64,000 bases of DNA. Source: Nitrospirota bacterium (GTDB taxonomy: Bacteria; Nitrospirota; JACRHJ01). The notes under the pieces are model-generated. The model did no database searches, was not told the origin of the DNA, and was given only the letters and a program-made list of their open reading frames with translations. The DNA is taken from NCBI GenBank assembly GCA_963733375.1, contig CAVTDB010000013.1, positions 32,001 to 96,000 of the forward strand, written 5' to 3'. Shown in pieces: positions 62,356 through 64,000 of this stretch (positions are counted from its first letter, which is position 1; the number at the start of each line of letters is the position of its first letter). The position numbers and the translations under genes were made by a program.

Positions 62356-62547
62356 ATGATGAACATCGACGATTTACATGAACAGATTATGCTTTTTGAG
62401 GAATTGGAAGATTATTTTTCCCGGGTCCATGCAAAGCCTGCGGATGAGGCGCGCAGAAAACAGTTGCTGCAACAGGTAGTCCAACTGAAAGAGAAAGCAA
62501 GCGTGGAATTTCAGGCGCTTAAAGACAAAGAAGAGATAGCGGCTTAA
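62356..62547 (+). CDS. small helical hypothetical protein
   Basis: SD GAGGGG; about 63 aa coiled-coil-like ORF followed by a terminator. Confidence 0.6.
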   Translation: MMNIDDLHEQIMLFEELEDYFSRVHAKPADEARRKQLLQQVVQLKEKASVEFQALKDKEEIAA

Positions 62548-62577
62548 AAGGGAATTTCATTCGGCATGGATATGGAA

Positions 62578-62607
62578 GCGCCCGCAGACAATGCGGGCGT
62601 TTTTTTT
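62578..62607 (+). terminator. intrinsic terminator
   Basis: GCGCCCGCA-GACAA-TGCGGGCGT followed by a T run. Confidence 0.85.
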
Positions 62608-62703
62608 AATTTAATGTTTCCGCATCCCCCGCATCGTTAAATTCTTGAAAAAGACACATGTATTCTGTTAAAATGAAGCAATCTCTTTTCCCGTAAGGAC
62701 TCA

Positions 62704-63588
62704 GTGAAATTTAACAGCATCTCCATAATGGCAATCTTTGTCTTGCTGGTCTGCCCGGCGGCCGCGAATGCGGTGTACAGGGCGGTGTTGGAGGAGCACG
62801 TAACTTACGAGGCTGTCAAGGGTGACTATATAGAGAAGATAGCCGGCATTACCGGAGTAGAGGTGAAATGCCTTCTGGAGCAGAATCCTGAATACAAAAG
62901 GAAAAAGTTTCTGCATCCTGGCGACAGATTCAGCGCCGTGCGCCGGACTATAGTACCAGACAAGGTCGCGGACGGTACGCTTATAAACATACCGGACAGG
63001 ACGCTTTACCAATTCAAGGCCGGGAATCTTGTAACGCATTACCCGGTCTGTGTTGGGATGAGAAACCTCATCTGGCAGACGCCCATAGGAGAGTTCGTTG
63101 TGATAGGCAAGGCGAAGAACCCGACCTGGCACGTCCCCAAGCTCATACAAAAGGAGATGGCCCGGAAAGGCGAGCCCGTGAAGGATGTAGTCCCGCCGGG
63201 CAAGGACAATCCGCTGGGCAGGTTCGAAGTCAGGCTTTCGGTCAGGGAGTACCTCATCCACGAAACAATCTGGCCGGAATCAATATACAATTACCGCAGC
63301 CACGGCTGCATCCGCCTGAAGCCGGGCGACGCCGAGAAGTACTTTAACAGCGTGACCAAGGGCGAGAGGGTGAGCGTTATTTATGAACCGGTCAAGGTTG
63401 CCTTGACGGACTCCGGCAGGGTATTCCTGGAGGTGCACGAGGACGCGTACGGCAAGGTCGGAGACCTCTATGGGATTGCGTCCGCCGAAATAACCGGCGC
63501 GAACGCCGATAGTAAGGTGGACTGGGACAAGGTGAAAGACGTTGTCGGCAAGAAATCCGGCATCGCCGAGGACATAACGAAGGAGTAA
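62704..63588 (+). CDS. L,D-transpeptidase (ErfK/YkuD family, LysM-like N-terminus)
   Basis: Signal peptide, INIPDRTLY, TPIG, NPTW, PPGKDNPLG, IHET, SHGCIRL. Confidence 0.92.
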   Translation: MKFNSISIMAIFVLLVCPAAANAVYRAVLEEHVTYEAVKGDYIEKIAGITGVEVKCLLEQNPEYKRKKFLHPGDRFSAVRRTIVPDKVADGTLINIPDRTLYQFKAGNLVTHYPVCVGMRNLIWQTPIGEFVVIGKAKNPTWHVPKLIQKEMARKGEPVKDVVPPGKDNPLGRFEVRLSVREYLIHETIWPESIYNYRSHGCIRLKPGDAEKYFNSVTKGERVSVIYEPVKVALTDSGRVFLEVHEDAYGKVGDLYGIASAEITGANADSKVDWDKVKDVVGKKSGIAEDITKE

Positions 63589-63594
63589 TGGCGG

Positions 63595-64000
63595 ATGATT
63601 AGCAGGAGAGGTTTTATCAGGGGCTTGCTCGGCGCCGCCCTGTATATCGGGGCGTCAGGGTCTTTTGCGAGTGCCGAGAATGACGCTGGACAAACCATAC
63701 GGATGTACAACACGCACACGCGCGAATCTATCTCCGTGGCCCACAGGGACGCGCGAGGATACATTCCAGAGGCGTTAGATAGGATAAACCACTTCCTGAG
63801 GTGCCACTACAACAACGAGGTGCACCCGATCGACCCCGCCCTTATTGACCTGCTCTGCAAGGTTGACAGAGCAGCACGGCGGCGGGAACGTGCTGCAGGT
63901 GATATCGGGTTACCGCTCCCCGGCGTACAACGCAATCCTTGCGAGCAATTCGTCGGGAGTTGCAAGATCGAGCATGCACATGAAAGGCCAGGCCATCGAC
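63595..64000 (+). CDS. YcbK/DUF882 (peptidase M15) family protein, 3'-truncated by window
   Basis: Tat signal MISRRGFIRG, YNTHTRE, INHFLRCH, IDPALID, ISGYRSP.YN, SMHMKGQAID. Confidence 0.85.
   Translation, partial: MISRRGFIRGLLGAALYIGASGSFASAENDAGQTIRMYNTHTRESISVAHRDARGYIPEALDRINHFLRCHYNNEVHPIDPALIDLLCKVDRAARRRERAAGDIGLPLPGVQRNPCEQFVGSCKIEHAHERPGHR

Overview
This is a GC-rich bacterial chromosomal window with no rRNA, tRNA, CRISPR array, transposase or prophage seen. Gene content and order (trmFO-xerC-hslVU-argB; yqeY-mutS2-dnaG-rpoD; A2-type cytochrome c oxidase with a di-haem-c subunit II) suggest a Nitrospirota/Desulfobacterota-like organism (inference). Many genes, including essential ones, are split by 1-bp indels or lone stops; I read these as long-read assembly errors, so such coordinates are approximate. 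Contents in order: CoA-activase/dehydratase fusion, Cus-type RND metal efflux operon with a Cys-rich leader ORF, CaCA antiporter, a low-GC islet, an LpdA/MerA-like oxidoreductase, purE, addBA, gap-pgk, a sco-coxBACD-ctaA-cyoE operon, two CgeB-like glycosyltransferases, a KimA-like transporter under a c-di-AMP riboswitch, trmFO, a Fic gene, xerC, hslVU, argB, mutS2, dnaG, rpoD, dciA-like, Fnr-like, suhB, uvrA and an L,D-transpeptidase/YcbK pair. The most striking unexplained signal is an A/T-rich intergenic repeat at 13 loci (about 25 modules). Each module is a pyrimidine/purine hairpin plus a mirror-image third tract, and the three tracts co-vary between copies, as expected for an intrastrand triple helix. 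Modules occur mostly as heterotypic tail-to-tail pairs between co-oriented genes. G/C-rich triplex-type repeats also occur, one inside the cusB reading frame. Several genes appear to be leaderless.
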